Shown piece after piece: positions 21,067-30,277 of a DNA stretch of 64,000 nucleotides. The position numbers and the translations under genes are program-made. The stretch spans positions 26,588-90,587 of the forward strand of contig JACRCL010000032.1 of the NCBI GenBank assembly GCA_016219015.1. Direction: 5' to 3'. The stretch comes from Deltaproteobacteria bacterium. GTDB lineage: Bacteria > Desulfobacterota > GWC2-55-46. Position 1 is the stretch's first letter; every line of letters starts with the position of its first letter. The notes beneath the pieces were generated by a model that saw nothing but the letters and a program-made list of their open reading frames with translations, was not told where the DNA came from and searched no databases.

Positions 21067-21321
21067 ATGAAGCCGGTAATCGTACTCCTCGCCATATTCT
21101 TCCTCATCTCTATCCTGAGGAAAAGGTCGAAGCCCCTGCGGAAGCCGCGCCCCGGTTCTGACGAAGCCCGGCCCAAAAGGGACGGCGAGGAGATGGTCTT
21201 CGACACGGTCTGCAACAGCTACATACCGGTAAGCTCGGCGATAAGCCTCAAGGTGGACGGGGAGCTTGAATATTTCTGCTCGGAAGAATGCAGGGAGAAG
21301 TTCAGGCAGGGGAAGGCTTGA
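21067..21321 (+). CDS. Small membrane-anchored protein with a C-terminal YHS/TRASH-like Cys motif
   Basis: N-terminal transmembrane segment MKPVIVLLAIFFLISIL, a basic linker, then VCNSYIPVSS...YFCSEECREKF. Confidence 0.5.
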   Translation: MKPVIVLLAIFFLISILRKRSKPLRKPRPGSDEARPKRDGEEMVFDTVCNSYIPVSSAISLKVDGELEYFCSEECREKFRQGKA

Positions 21322-21601
21322 GGCCAGGTTTCGTATAGGACCCCCGCTCCCCGTATTCCAGCCGATCCTCCCAACTCCCCTTCAGACAGGTCCAGCCGGG
21401 CGGTAAAACTCAGTTTAGCCGGGTGGACGCAGCCGTCACATGATGGCCTTGCCGCGCCGCTTTCAGGGCGGATAAATCAGTTGACGGGGCGGCTATACCT
21501 TGTTATTCTACCTAAATGTGTGTTTTCTTGGGGTTTTCCTGTGATAAAACGGTCTTTTTTATAATCCTGCAAAAATAATAGGGCTTGAAAAGGAGGAATT
21601 T

Positions 21602-22402
21602 ATGGACTGGGGCATGAAAAACCGGCTTTCAAAGATAATCCGTCCTGAAACAGGCAGGACCGTCATGCTCGCGGTAGACCACGGCTATTTCCTCGGGCCG
21701 ACCACGGGCCTTGAGGAGCCGGGCAAGACCGTCGAACCGCTTCTTCAGTACGCCGATACCCTCATGCTCACCAGGGGCGTATTAAGGTCGTGCATGGACG
21801 CCTCGAAGAACGTGCCCATAGTCTTAAGGGTTTCCGGGGGCACGAGCATCTTAGGCAACCTCGCCGACGAGGGGACGACGGTCTCGATGAGGGACGCGCT
21901 CCGTCTTAACGTCTCCGGGGTGGCCATGTCGATATTCGTAGGCTCGGAGCTTGAGAGGAAGAGCCTTTTGGCCCTCGCGGACCTCATAAACGAGGCAGAG
22001 GAGTTCGGCGTGCCGGTACTGGCGGTCACGGCCGTGGGCAAGGAGATGGCGAGGGACGCGAGGTACCTTGGGCTCGCGTGCAGGATAGCGGCCGAGCTCG
22101 GCGCCCATGTCGTCAAGACATACTACTGCGAGGAGTTCGAGAAGGTCGTCAAGAACTGCCCCGTGCCCATAGTCATAGCCGGAGGGAAGAAGATACCGGA
22201 AAGGGAAGCCATAGAGCTTTCGTACAACGCTGTCAGGAGGGGGGCGGTGGGCGTGGACATGGGAAGGAACATCTTCCAGTCCGAGCACCCGGTGGCCATG
22301 ATAAGGACCGTGCGCGAGATAGTCCACAAGGACCTCGCCCCGGACAAAGCCTGGGACCTTTTCAATACGCTCGCGCGTGAAAAAGGCAAGGCGTTCGCGT
22401 AA
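21602..22402 (+). CDS. Class I aldolase of the DhnA / AroA' (2-amino-3,7-dideoxy-D-threo-hept-6-ulosonate synthase) family
   Basis: 266 aa with motifs matching the archaeal-type family: VMLAVDHGYFLGP, VLRVSGGTSILG, Schiff-base Lys context GAHVVKTYY, CPVPIVIAGGKK and GVDMGRNIFQSEHP. RBS aaaggagg. Confidence 0.75.
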   Translation: MDWGMKNRLSKIIRPETGRTVMLAVDHGYFLGPTTGLEEPGKTVEPLLQYADTLMLTRGVLRSCMDASKNVPIVLRVSGGTSILGNLADEGTTVSMRDALRLNVSGVAMSIFVGSELERKSLLALADLINEAEEFGVPVLAVTAVGKEMARDARYLGLACRIAAELGAHVVKTYYCEEFEKVVKNCPVPIVIAGGKKIPEREAIELSYNAVRRGAVGVDMGRNIFQSEHPVAMIRTVREIVHKDLAPDKAWDLFNTLAREKGKAFA

Positions 22403-22412
22403 GGAGGGGCGC

Positions 22413-23438
22413 TTGAGGGCGGCATTTTATTACAACAATAACGACGTCCGCGTGCAGGAGGTCGCCACCCCCAGAATAGGCAACGGGGAGCTTCTGGTCA
22501 AGATAGAAGCGAGCGGCATCTGCGGCAGCGACGTCATGGAGTGGTACCGGATAAAGAAGGCCCCGCTCGTGCTCGGCCATGAGATAGCCGGGACAATCGT
22601 CGAAGCCGGCGCGGACGTAAAGAGGTTCAAGGCGGGCGACCGCGTGACCGTGGCGCACCACGTGCCGTGCAACACCTGCAGGTTCTGCCTCGCCGGGAAC
22701 CATTCGGTATGCGACACGCTCCGCGCCACGAACTTCGACCCCGGCGGGTTCGCGGAGTTCGTCCGAGTCCCTTCCATAAACGTCGACAGGGGCGTGTTCA
22801 AGCTCCCGGATGCCATGACCTTCGACGAGGGGACGTTCTCAGAGCCCCTCGGGTGCGTGGTAAGGGGCCTCCGTGCCGCGGGGATGGAGCCGGGCAAGAC
22901 CGTGCTCGTCATAGGTAGCGGCATGGCGGGTTTGCTGAACATAAGGCTGGCGAAGGCGCTCGGCGCGGGCTTGGTTGTGGCCACGGACATAAACGGCTTC
23001 AGGCTCGAGGCCGCGAAAAGGTCGGGGGCCGATACGGTTTTGAAGGCTGACAGCGACGTGCCCGCCCTCGTTAAAGAGGCCCTCGGAGGGAGGCTGGCGG
23101 ATATAGTAGTCATCTGCGCCGCTGTAGACCCCGCGATAGCGCAGGGCTTGAAGAGCGTCGAGAGGGGCGGGACCGTCCTTTTTTTCGCTCCAAAGGAGCC
23201 GGGGGCGGCCTACCCGATGCCGCTTTTCGAGCTGTGGCGCGACAACATCACAATCGTCAACTCGTACGCCGCTCCCCCGTCCGACACCCTGGTGGCGCTT
23301 GACCTCATAGAAAGCGGGAGGGTGAAGGTAGCCGACCTCGTCACGCACAGGCTGCCTTTAAAGGATATCCAGGAGGGTTTCAGGCTCGCCGCCGGCGCGG
23401 GGGAGTCGATAAAGGTCGTTATCGAGCCGCATAGATAG
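22413..23438 (+). CDS. Zinc-dependent medium-chain dehydrogenase/reductase (threonine/sorbitol-dehydrogenase-like)
   Basis: TTG start at 22413 after RBS ggagg. Catalytic Zn motif GICGSDV...GHEIAGTIVE, structural Zn Cys cluster CNTCRFCLAGNHSVC, and Rossmann motif VIGSGMAGL. Confidence 0.8.
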   Translation: MRAAFYYNNNDVRVQEVATPRIGNGELLVKIEASGICGSDVMEWYRIKKAPLVLGHEIAGTIVEAGADVKRFKAGDRVTVAHHVPCNTCRFCLAGNHSVCDTLRATNFDPGGFAEFVRVPSINVDRGVFKLPDAMTFDEGTFSEPLGCVVRGLRAAGMEPGKTVLVIGSGMAGLLNIRLAKALGAGLVVATDINGFRLEAAKRSGADTVLKADSDVPALVKEALGGRLADIVVICAAVDPAIAQGLKSVERGGTVLFFAPKEPGAAYPMPLFELWRDNITIVNSYAAPPSDTLVALDLIESGRVKVADLVTHRLPLKDIQEGFRLAAGAGESIKVVIEPHR

Positions 23439-23456
23439 TGATTTAATGGAGGAGCG

Positions 23457-24347
23457 TTGAAAAAGGTCGGGCTTGTCGTAAAGGTCAGCAACCCCGAGGC
23501 CATAAAGCTGGCCGACGAGATAGCCGGATGGGTCACTGAAAGGGGAGGGGAGGTCTTCGCGGACAGGACGCTTGCGGGCATGGTCAGGCTCGGCCTTGCC
23601 GGGGTGCCCGTAAACATCGTAGCCCCGGAGAAGTTCCCGGACTCCATAGAGCTTTTGATAGTGCTCGGCGGCGACGGCACGATGCTCCACGCCGCGAGGC
23701 TCCTTGACGGCAGGAAGGTCCCGATACTCGGAGTAAACCTCGGGAGCCTCGGCTTCCTTACGGCCATCACCGTCAAAGAGGTCTTCCCGCTGCTCGAACG
23801 GATATTCAGGGGCGACTGCGTCGTGGAAGAGAGGATGACGCTCTCGGTGGAGCTTAAGAGGAAGGACGGGGGCGTGATGAAGCACACGGTCTTGAACGAC
23901 GCCGTCATAAAGGGCGAGGCCGCCCGGCTCGTGAGGCTGGAGACCCGCATCAACATGGAATACGTGAACACCTACAGGGCGGACGGCCTTATCGTTGCCA
24001 CCCCGACGGGCTCGACCGCGTATTCCCTCTCGGCCAACGGGCCGATACTCTACCCGACCATACACTCGATAATCGTTGCGCCCATCTGCCCGTTCAACCT
24101 GACCAACAGGCCCGTCGTCATACCCGACTGGATGACCGTGGACGTGACCGTGAGCCCGGACCAGGCGAACGTGGAGCTGATACTCGACGGGCAGGTCGAG
24201 GTGCCGCTTGAAAGCGGGGACATGGTAAGGATAAAGAGGGCGCAGGCGAGCGTATACCTGATCAAGTATGAAGGCAAGAGCTATTTTGATATACTCAGGG
24301 AAAGGCTCATGTGGGAGGTAAAGACCAACAGGAGCGGCAAGGCTTAG
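23457..24347 (+). CDS. nadK: NAD kinase
   Basis: GGDGTML motif, plus NDAVI and the conserved C-terminal region. TTG start. Confidence 0.88.
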   Translation: MKKVGLVVKVSNPEAIKLADEIAGWVTERGGEVFADRTLAGMVRLGLAGVPVNIVAPEKFPDSIELLIVLGGDGTMLHAARLLDGRKVPILGVNLGSLGFLTAITVKEVFPLLERIFRGDCVVEERMTLSVELKRKDGGVMKHTVLNDAVIKGEAARLVRLETRINMEYVNTYRADGLIVATPTGSTAYSLSANGPILYPTIHSIIVAPICPFNLTNRPVVIPDWMTVDVTVSPDQANVELILDGQVEVPLESGDMVRIKRAQASVYLIKYEGKSYFDILRERLMWEVKTNRSGKA

Positions 24348-24348
24348 C

Positions 24349-24366
24349 AGGCTGCTGAAAAAGTCC
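24349..24366. repeat. Solo left inverted repeat of a family-A element (truncated copy A6)
   Basis: agcaggctgctgaaaaag overlaps the nadK stop. No matching right end or core follows. Confidence 0.5.
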
Positions 24367-24401
24367 ATCGGCTAACAGCGGTTTTTTCTATTTTTTAAAC
24401 T

Positions 24402-26117
24402 ATGCTCTTAGAACTCAGGATCAAAGACTTCGCTATAATAGAGGGCCTGAACGTCTCCTTCGGCCCTGGGCTCAATATATTTACCGGGGAGACAGGGGCG
24501 GGCAAGAGCATTATCCTCGACGCCATAGCCCTCATACTCGGCGACCGCGCGTCGAACGACATAATAAGGGCCAATAAGGACGAGGCGCAGGTCGAGGCCC
24601 TCTTCGACATCACCGGGAACAGGAACCTCGGCAACGTCCTTAAAGAGGCGGGCATCGAGGCTGCAAAAGAGCTTGTCATAAAAAGGGTCATCCAGAAGGC
24701 CGGAAGGAACAGGATATACATAAACGGCGGGCTCGCCACCCTCGTCACTCTTACCGAGGTCGGAAGACGCCTCATAGACATATACGGCCAGAGCGAGCAC
24801 CAGTCCCTTACCAGGCCCGAGGAGCACGTCGAGGTGCTCGACGCGTTCGGGGACTTCGGCAAGCTGAGGGACTATATGGCCGAGTGCCACAGGGCCTACG
24901 CATCGATTAAGAAGGAATATGATTCACTCACCAGCGACTCAAAAAGCTCGGAGGAAAAAAGGGAACTGCTTGCCTTCCAGCTCAAGGAGATAGAGGACGC
25001 GGCAATCTCCCCGGGTGAGGACGCGGAGCTTAAGAAGTTGAAGGAGAAGCTCCAGAACTCCGAGAAGATAAAGGCCGTGACCGCCGAGGCCGAGAGAGGG
25101 CTTTATTCTGACCCCGGGTCGGTGATAGAAAGGCTCGGCGGCATGATCAAGGCGCTGAAGGAGATGGCGAAGGTGGACGACAAGCTCGCCAAAACAGCCG
25201 ACGCCCTTGAGGCGAGCCTCTTCCAGCTCGAGGACTCCGAAAGGTTCCTCCGCGATTACTCGGATTCGATCGAGGCCGACCCCGAGGCCCTTGAAAAGGT
25301 CGCTGGCAGGCTCGACCACGTCATAAAGATAAAGAGGAAGTACGGCCCGGAGATAGAGGACGTATTGGGCAGGAAGGCCTCCTTTGAAAAAGAGCTGAAG
25401 AATCTATCCAATTTCGAGGAGAGGCTCAAGGCGCTCGACTCATCCGTAAAGGCGGCGAGGGAAAAGGCGGCCACGGCCGCAAATAACCTCTCCGAGGCGC
25501 GCAAGGCCGCGGCAAGGGAGTTCGAGGCGAAGGTGCAGGAAGAGCTCGCTACCCTCGGCATGAAGGGCTCGGTCTTCGAGGTCGCCATAGACGCCGAGAA
25601 AAACCCGGACGGCTCGCCGCGTTTCGGCGAGAAGGGCTCCGACAGGGTAAGTTTTTTCATCTCGACCAACCCCGGCGAAGGGATAAAGCCCCTGGCGCGC
25701 ATAGCATCGGGCGGGGAACTGTCGAGGATAATGCTGTCGATGAAGAGCGTAACGGCCTCCGGCAGGGTGCCGACGCTCATATTCGACGAGATAGACAACG
25801 GGGTCGGCGGCGCCATGGCGCAGGTCGTGGGGATGAAGCTCAAGGAGGTGGCGAGGTCGAACCAGGTTCTCGCCATAACGCACCTGCCGCAGGTGGCCGC
25901 CTTCGCCGACAGGCATTACAATGTTGCGAAGCAGGCACAGAGCGGAAGGACCGTCACGTCGGTAAGAGAGCTCTCAAAGGAAGAAAGCGTCGAGCATATC
26001 TCGTTTATGCTCGGCGGCATGAAGGTCACGGACACTTCGAGGAAGCAGGCCATGGAGCTGATGGAAGCCGCCAGGTCGCTGTCGGCGGGTAAAACATCGG
26101 CCCGGAAAGGCAAGTGA
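24402..26117 (+). CDS. recN: DNA repair protein RecN
   Basis: N-terminal Walker A FTGETGAGKSIILDAIALILG, a long coiled-coil middle, and a C-terminal ABC signature with Walker B (GGELSRIMLS...LIFDEIDNGVGG). Downstream of nadK, a conserved arrangement. Confidence 0.93.
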   Translation: MLLELRIKDFAIIEGLNVSFGPGLNIFTGETGAGKSIILDAIALILGDRASNDIIRANKDEAQVEALFDITGNRNLGNVLKEAGIEAAKELVIKRVIQKAGRNRIYINGGLATLVTLTEVGRRLIDIYGQSEHQSLTRPEEHVEVLDAFGDFGKLRDYMAECHRAYASIKKEYDSLTSDSKSSEEKRELLAFQLKEIEDAAISPGEDAELKKLKEKLQNSEKIKAVTAEAERGLYSDPGSVIERLGGMIKALKEMAKVDDKLAKTADALEASLFQLEDSERFLRDYSDSIEADPEALEKVAGRLDHVIKIKRKYGPEIEDVLGRKASFEKELKNLSNFEERLKALDSSVKAAREKAATAANNLSEARKAAAREFEAKVQEELATLGMKGSVFEVAIDAEKNPDGSPRFGEKGSDRVSFFISTNPGEGIKPLARIASGGELSRIMLSMKSVTASGRVPTLIFDEIDNGVGGAMAQVVGMKLKEVARSNQVLAITHLPQVAAFADRHYNVAKQAQSGRTVTSVRELSKEESVEHISFMLGGMKVTDTSRKQAMELMEAARSLSAGKTSARKGK

Positions 26118-26124
26118 GGCAGAG

Positions 26125-26622
26125 TTGGTAAGAAAGGCCGTACTGAACGACGCCGCGTCGATATACGAGATAGTGGAGTCGTTCTCAAAAAAAGGGTTGA
26201 TGCTGCACCGTCCCCTGAACGACATACACGACAGCATCCGGGACTTCTTCGTGTGCGAGGCGGACGGCGGCATAATAGGCGCGGCCGCCCTGCACATAAG
26301 CTCCGAGGACATGGGCGAGATAAGGTCCCTGGCGGTCAGGGAGGGGCATACGAGAAAGGGCTTCGGCACAAAGCTCGTCACCGCCTGCCTCGATGAGGCG
26401 AGAGGGCTGGGTTTGAAGAAGGTATTCGCCCTTACGTACAAGCCGGGCTTTTTCCAGAAGCTGAACTTCAGGATAGTGAACAAGGAGGTACTCCCCCACA
26501 AGATATGGGGCGACTGCATAAGGTGCATAAAGTTCCCGAACTGCGACGAGAACGCCGTCCTTATAGAGCTTGGCGAAAGGCCGCCAAAGCCGGGGACCGG
26601 CGATAAGAAAGGCGAGAATTGA
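26125..26622 (+). CDS. GNAT acetyltransferase, short N-acetylglutamate-synthase-like (ArgA-like)
   Basis: TTG start. Acetyl-CoA-binding motif RSLAVREGHTRKGFGTKLV. Its size and layout resemble short ArgA / S-NAGS proteins. Confidence 0.6.
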   Translation: MVRKAVLNDAASIYEIVESFSKKGLMLHRPLNDIHDSIRDFFVCEADGGIIGAAALHISSEDMGEIRSLAVREGHTRKGFGTKLVTACLDEARGLGLKKVFALTYKPGFFQKLNFRIVNKEVLPHKIWGDCIRCIKFPNCDENAVLIELGERPPKPGTGDKKGEN

Positions 26623-27977
26623 AAGAAAAGGTGGAAGGCTCCGAAAAGGTAATAGGTCCGCTCAGGCGCCTGCTCAAGGGCAGGGCCGGCGCCTACGAGA
26701 TATTCTATTCCGTTGATACAGGCTTCGGCGTGGAGGCCAAGGACGCACGCGTGGATTCCCTGAAGCTACGCTCGAACGAAGGCGTGGGCCTCCGCACCAT
26801 ATCCGGCGGTAGGCAGGGCTTCGGTTTCTCAAGCGTCCTTACCGAAGACGCGCTCGAGGACCTTGTTAAAAAGACCATAGGCGGGTCCGCGGAAGCCGCC
26901 AAAGACGAGTTCCTCTCCTTCCCCGGCCCGGCTGAAAAGGCCGCCTCCGAGGAGGCGCTGAGGCTTTACGACGGCTCGTTCGAAAAGACCCCGGAGGAGG
27001 AGAAGATAAAGACCGCCCTCGACATAGAGAAGTCCGCCCGCGCCTTCGACGCCCGCGTAAAGAGAGTGAGGAAGGCGTCTTATTCCGAGTCCGTCCATTT
27101 CTCAAGGATAGTCAACTCGAACGGGGTCGACACATCACACAGGGCGACGTTCTATTCAGGGAGCGTCACCGCCGTGGCCGAAAAGGACAACGAATCCGAG
27201 ATGGGCTGGGAGATAGGCATGGGGCACGATAGAAATTCCGTCGAGCCCGGAAAGATCGGCAGGGGCGCGGCCGAAAACGCCGTACGGCTCCTGGGCGCGA
27301 GGAAATTGAAGACTATCAAATGCCCGGCCGTCATCGAAAATACCGTGGCCTGTGAGTTCCTCGAATCCCTGGCCGGGTCGTTCCTCGGGGATAACGTCAT
27401 CAAGGGCAAATCCATGCTCATCGGCAAGGCCGGGAAAAAGGTCGCCTCCGCGAAGTTGAATATCTTCGACGACGGCATTTTACCGGGCGGGTGGGCGTCT
27501 TCTTCCTTCGACGGCGAGGGCGCGGGCAGGGGGCGGACCGCTCTGCTGGAGGCCGGGGTATGCCGCGCCTTCCTGTACGACACCTACTGGGCCGCGAGGG
27601 CCAAGACGAGGTCGACGGGCAATTCCGCGAGGTCGAACTTCAAGAGCTACCCCGGCATAGGCATATCGAACCTTTATATAGAGAAGGGCGAAAAGGACGC
27701 CAAAGAACTCTTGAAGGACGTCTCGAAAGGGCTTTTCATAACCGAGGTCCTCGGGGTCCATACCATAAACCCGGTAAGCGGGGATTTTTCACTCGGCGCC
27801 TCGGGCTTCTGGGTCGAGGGAGGCGGGGCCGAATACCCCGTCAGGGGCATGGCCATTTCCGGCAACCTCCTTGACCTTTTTTCTAAAGTAGACGGCTGCG
27901 CCTCCGATATACGGTTTATCGGCTCCATCGGCGCCCCGTCTCTCCTTATTAACGAAATAGAGGCGAGCGGAACATGA
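26619..27977 (+). CDS. TldD/PmbA-family metalloprotease (peptidase U62)
   Basis: The C-terminal NPVSGDFSLGASGFWVEGG motif is typical of PmbA/TldD. TTG start overlaps the upstream stop. Only one member of the usual TldD/TldE pair is present in the window. Confidence 0.8.
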   Translation: MKEKVEGSEKVIGPLRRLLKGRAGAYEIFYSVDTGFGVEAKDARVDSLKLRSNEGVGLRTISGGRQGFGFSSVLTEDALEDLVKKTIGGSAEAAKDEFLSFPGPAEKAASEEALRLYDGSFEKTPEEEKIKTALDIEKSARAFDARVKRVRKASYSESVHFSRIVNSNGVDTSHRATFYSGSVTAVAEKDNESEMGWEIGMGHDRNSVEPGKIGRGAAENAVRLLGARKLKTIKCPAVIENTVACEFLESLAGSFLGDNVIKGKSMLIGKAGKKVASAKLNIFDDGILPGGWASSSFDGEGAGRGRTALLEAGVCRAFLYDTYWAARAKTRSTGNSARSNFKSYPGIGISNLYIEKGEKDAKELLKDVSKGLFITEVLGVHTINPVSGDFSLGASGFWVEGGGAEYPVRGMAISGNLLDLFSKVDGCASDIRFIGSIGAPSLLINEIEASGT

Positions 27978-28660
27978 CCGAGAAGACAAGAGACGAGCAG
28001 AAAAAGGAAGGCATGAAAAAGATCGAGGAGCCGCTTTCCAGAAACCCGCTCTTCAGCGGCCTTGAGGACTTCTACCTGAAGGACATCATCGGGCGCGGGG
28101 AGATAAGGTCGTGGCCCGACTCCAGCCAGATAATAATCGAGGGCGAAAGCGGGGACGCGGTATTTTTCATCCTGAACGGCAGGGTCAAGGTGACACTTTA
28201 CGGCGAGGAGGGCAGGGAGATAGTCCTTGCGATACTCAAGGAAGGCGACATGTTCGGGGAGATGTCGATAATAGACGACAAGCCCCGCTCCGCGAACGTC
28301 GAGGCCATCTCGGAGCTCGAGTGCCTCGTGGTGAGCAAGTCGGCCTTCCTCGACTACCTATCGCGCCACCACAAGGTGTACATGAGGTTCTTCGCCTACC
28401 TGACCGGCAGGCTCAGGGAGGCCACGAGGAAGATAGGAGGCCTGGCGCTCCTCGACGTCTGCGGCAGGATCGCCCATACGCTCATGGGCATGTCGAAGGC
28501 GTCGGGCGCCGAGAAGGAAGTCTCCATCGAGAGGCCGACCCATGAGGAGCTTGCCGCCATGATAGGCTCTTCCCGCGAGGTCGTGAGCAGGGCGTTGAAG
28601 AAGATGTCGCAGGAAGGCTACATAAAGATAGAAAAAGACAAGATACTTCTCTACCCGTGA
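27974..28660 (+). CDS. Crp/Fnr-family transcriptional regulator
   Basis: cNMP-binding domain (IIIEGESGDAVFFILNGRVKV) and a C-terminal HTH (HEELAAMIGSSREVVSRALKKMSQEG). There is no N-terminal Cys cluster. The start overlaps the upstream stop (ATGA). Confidence 0.85.
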   Translation: MTEKTRDEQKKEGMKKIEEPLSRNPLFSGLEDFYLKDIIGRGEIRSWPDSSQIIIEGESGDAVFFILNGRVKVTLYGEEGREIVLAILKEGDMFGEMSIIDDKPRSANVEAISELECLVVSKSAFLDYLSRHHKVYMRFFAYLTGRLREATRKIGGLALLDVCGRIAHTLMGMSKASGAEKEVSIERPTHEELAAMIGSSREVVSRALKKMSQEGYIKIEKDKILLYP

Positions 28661-28944
28661 CGTGACCCCCGTCACTGTTTGCGCCCGCCCTTGTATTATA
28701 GACTGCGGGTGTTTTGAGGCGACCCGCAGAGGGACGATATAAAACTTGACTTCATGGGCGCCTTTATGCTAAGTAAGCAATCCTGACCGGCCTGAAGACC
28801 GACAGGCGCTTAAAAACTCAAAGAAGGCAGTCCGCATCAAAGCCATTCACACCCGCGGCAATCGGCCGCTCCACGCTACACCGTTTCAGATTCAAGGAAA
28901 ATTTTTCAGGACCGGTAAGGAACCACCGCTTTTTTGATCTTAAG

Positions 28945-29015
28945 GGTGCCTCTAAAAAGCAGGAATTTTTTCTGAAGTCAGAGGTCAGGGAAAAGAACAA
29001 TTTTTACAGGCAGCC
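28945..29015. repeat. Family-C MITE-like element, short form (copy C1)
   Basis: ggtgcctctaaaaagcaggaattttttctgaagtcagaggtcagggaaaagaacaatttttacaggcagcc. It shares its ends and the core gaattttttctgaagtca...gaggtcagggaaaagaacaattttta with the copies at 56899 and 58375. Confidence 0.65.
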
Positions 29016-29043
29016 TTAAAAAAAATGGAAGGGGGGTCGTAAA

Positions 29044-29928
29044 TTGGACAAACGATTCCTTACGCTCTTCGTTCTTACAAACGACGCTTCCAGACCGAGG
29101 CAGCTGAGGATACCTTTCAAATTCCTCAAGGCCGGCGTAACCGCCGCCGTGCTCCTCTTCGCGGTCTTGACGTTCGTAGTATTCGACTACGCCAGGATAA
29201 GGACGCACAGCGTCGAGCGCTACGAGGTGCAGGGCTTCGCCTCTAAGATAAGAGAGCTTGAGTCCCAGATAGCCAAGCTCAGCAACTTCGACAGGAAGAT
29301 ACGCATAATCGCCAACATCGGGGATCCGAAAGGCGCGAAGGATACGGACGTCATGACGGGCATGGGCGGGGGCTCGCCCGCCGAGGACGAGGCGTACATG
29401 GACGGCGCCGCAAACGGCGGGGACCTCGTCGACAAGATGCGCTCCGATATAAAGGACCTCGAGGACAGGGCCGCCACGCAGGAGAAGAGCTTCACGGAAC
29501 TGCAGGGTTATCTGATGAAGCAGGCCTCTTTCCTCGCCTCGACCCCTTCGATATGGCCGTCGCGCGGGTGGGTCACCTCGACCTACGGGCAGAGGATATC
29601 ACCCTTTACCGGGAACCCGCAGATGCACAAGGGCATGGACATAGCCAACCGGATCGGCACGCCCATCGTCGCGTCCGCCGACGGGATAGTCGTTGCGGCG
29701 GGCCCGGACCCGGGGCTCGGAATGACGGTGGTAATATCGCACGGCTACGGGATAAAGACGGTCTACGGCCATCTCGACAAGGTCCTTGTCCACGCGGGGC
29801 AGAAGGTAAAGAGGGGCCTGGAGATAGCCACGATGGGCAATACGGGCCGCTCCACGGGCCCGCACCTACATTACGAGGTATCCCTGAACGGGGTGGCTGT
29901 AAACCCTTCAAGGTATATAATCAACTGA
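29044..29928 (+). CDS. M23-family metallopeptidase (LytM domain), membrane-anchored
   Basis: TTG start after RBS ggaaggggg. N-terminal transmembrane segment, coiled-coil, then C-terminal HKGMDIA...GYGIKTVYGHLD...GNTGRSTGPHLHYEV (HxxxD / HxH Zn motifs). Confidence 0.88.
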   Translation: MDKRFLTLFVLTNDASRPRQLRIPFKFLKAGVTAAVLLFAVLTFVVFDYARIRTHSVERYEVQGFASKIRELESQIAKLSNFDRKIRIIANIGDPKGAKDTDVMTGMGGGSPAEDEAYMDGAANGGDLVDKMRSDIKDLEDRAATQEKSFTELQGYLMKQASFLASTPSIWPSRGWVTSTYGQRISPFTGNPQMHKGMDIANRIGTPIVASADGIVVAAGPDPGLGMTVVISHGYGIKTVYGHLDKVLVHAGQKVKRGLEIATMGNTGRSTGPHLHYEVSLNGVAVNPSRYIIN

Positions 29929-30005
29929 ATGCCGGGGGCGGAAAGCGCCCCCCGGTGACCGACGAAGCCCTGCGAAATGCCGATGCGGGGCTTTTTTTAT
30001 TTTAA

Positions 30006-30145
30006 CAGGCTGCTGAAAACCGTTTTAGTACGTCATTCTGAGCGTAGCGAAGAATCCCAGAGCTGATAGAAACAACAAGTAACGGGATTCTTCGTCGCCT
30101 CCGGCTCCTCAGAATGACAACTTCGTGGACTTTTTGAGCGGCCTG
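30006..30145. repeat. Composite repeat: family-A inverted-repeat ends enclosing a family-B-type core
   Basis: caggctgctgaaaac ... gtcattctgagcgtagcgaagaatccc ... gggattcttcgtcgcctccggctcctcagaatgac ... ctttttgagcggcctg. Confidence 0.7.
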
Positions 30146-30277
30146 TTTAAGGGTATTCGCGCCGTTTTTTTCCCTTTTAGCCTGTAGAAAATTCAGTATA
30201 ATTATGCTATTATGCTATATTGTGTTAAAATGCCCGGCAACATATACTTGGATGAAAGGATAATACCCGGACGATAA

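Noticed and set aside
23358-24368. 336-aa minus-strand ORF opposite nadK
   Set aside because: Shadow ORF. No start context or homology features.
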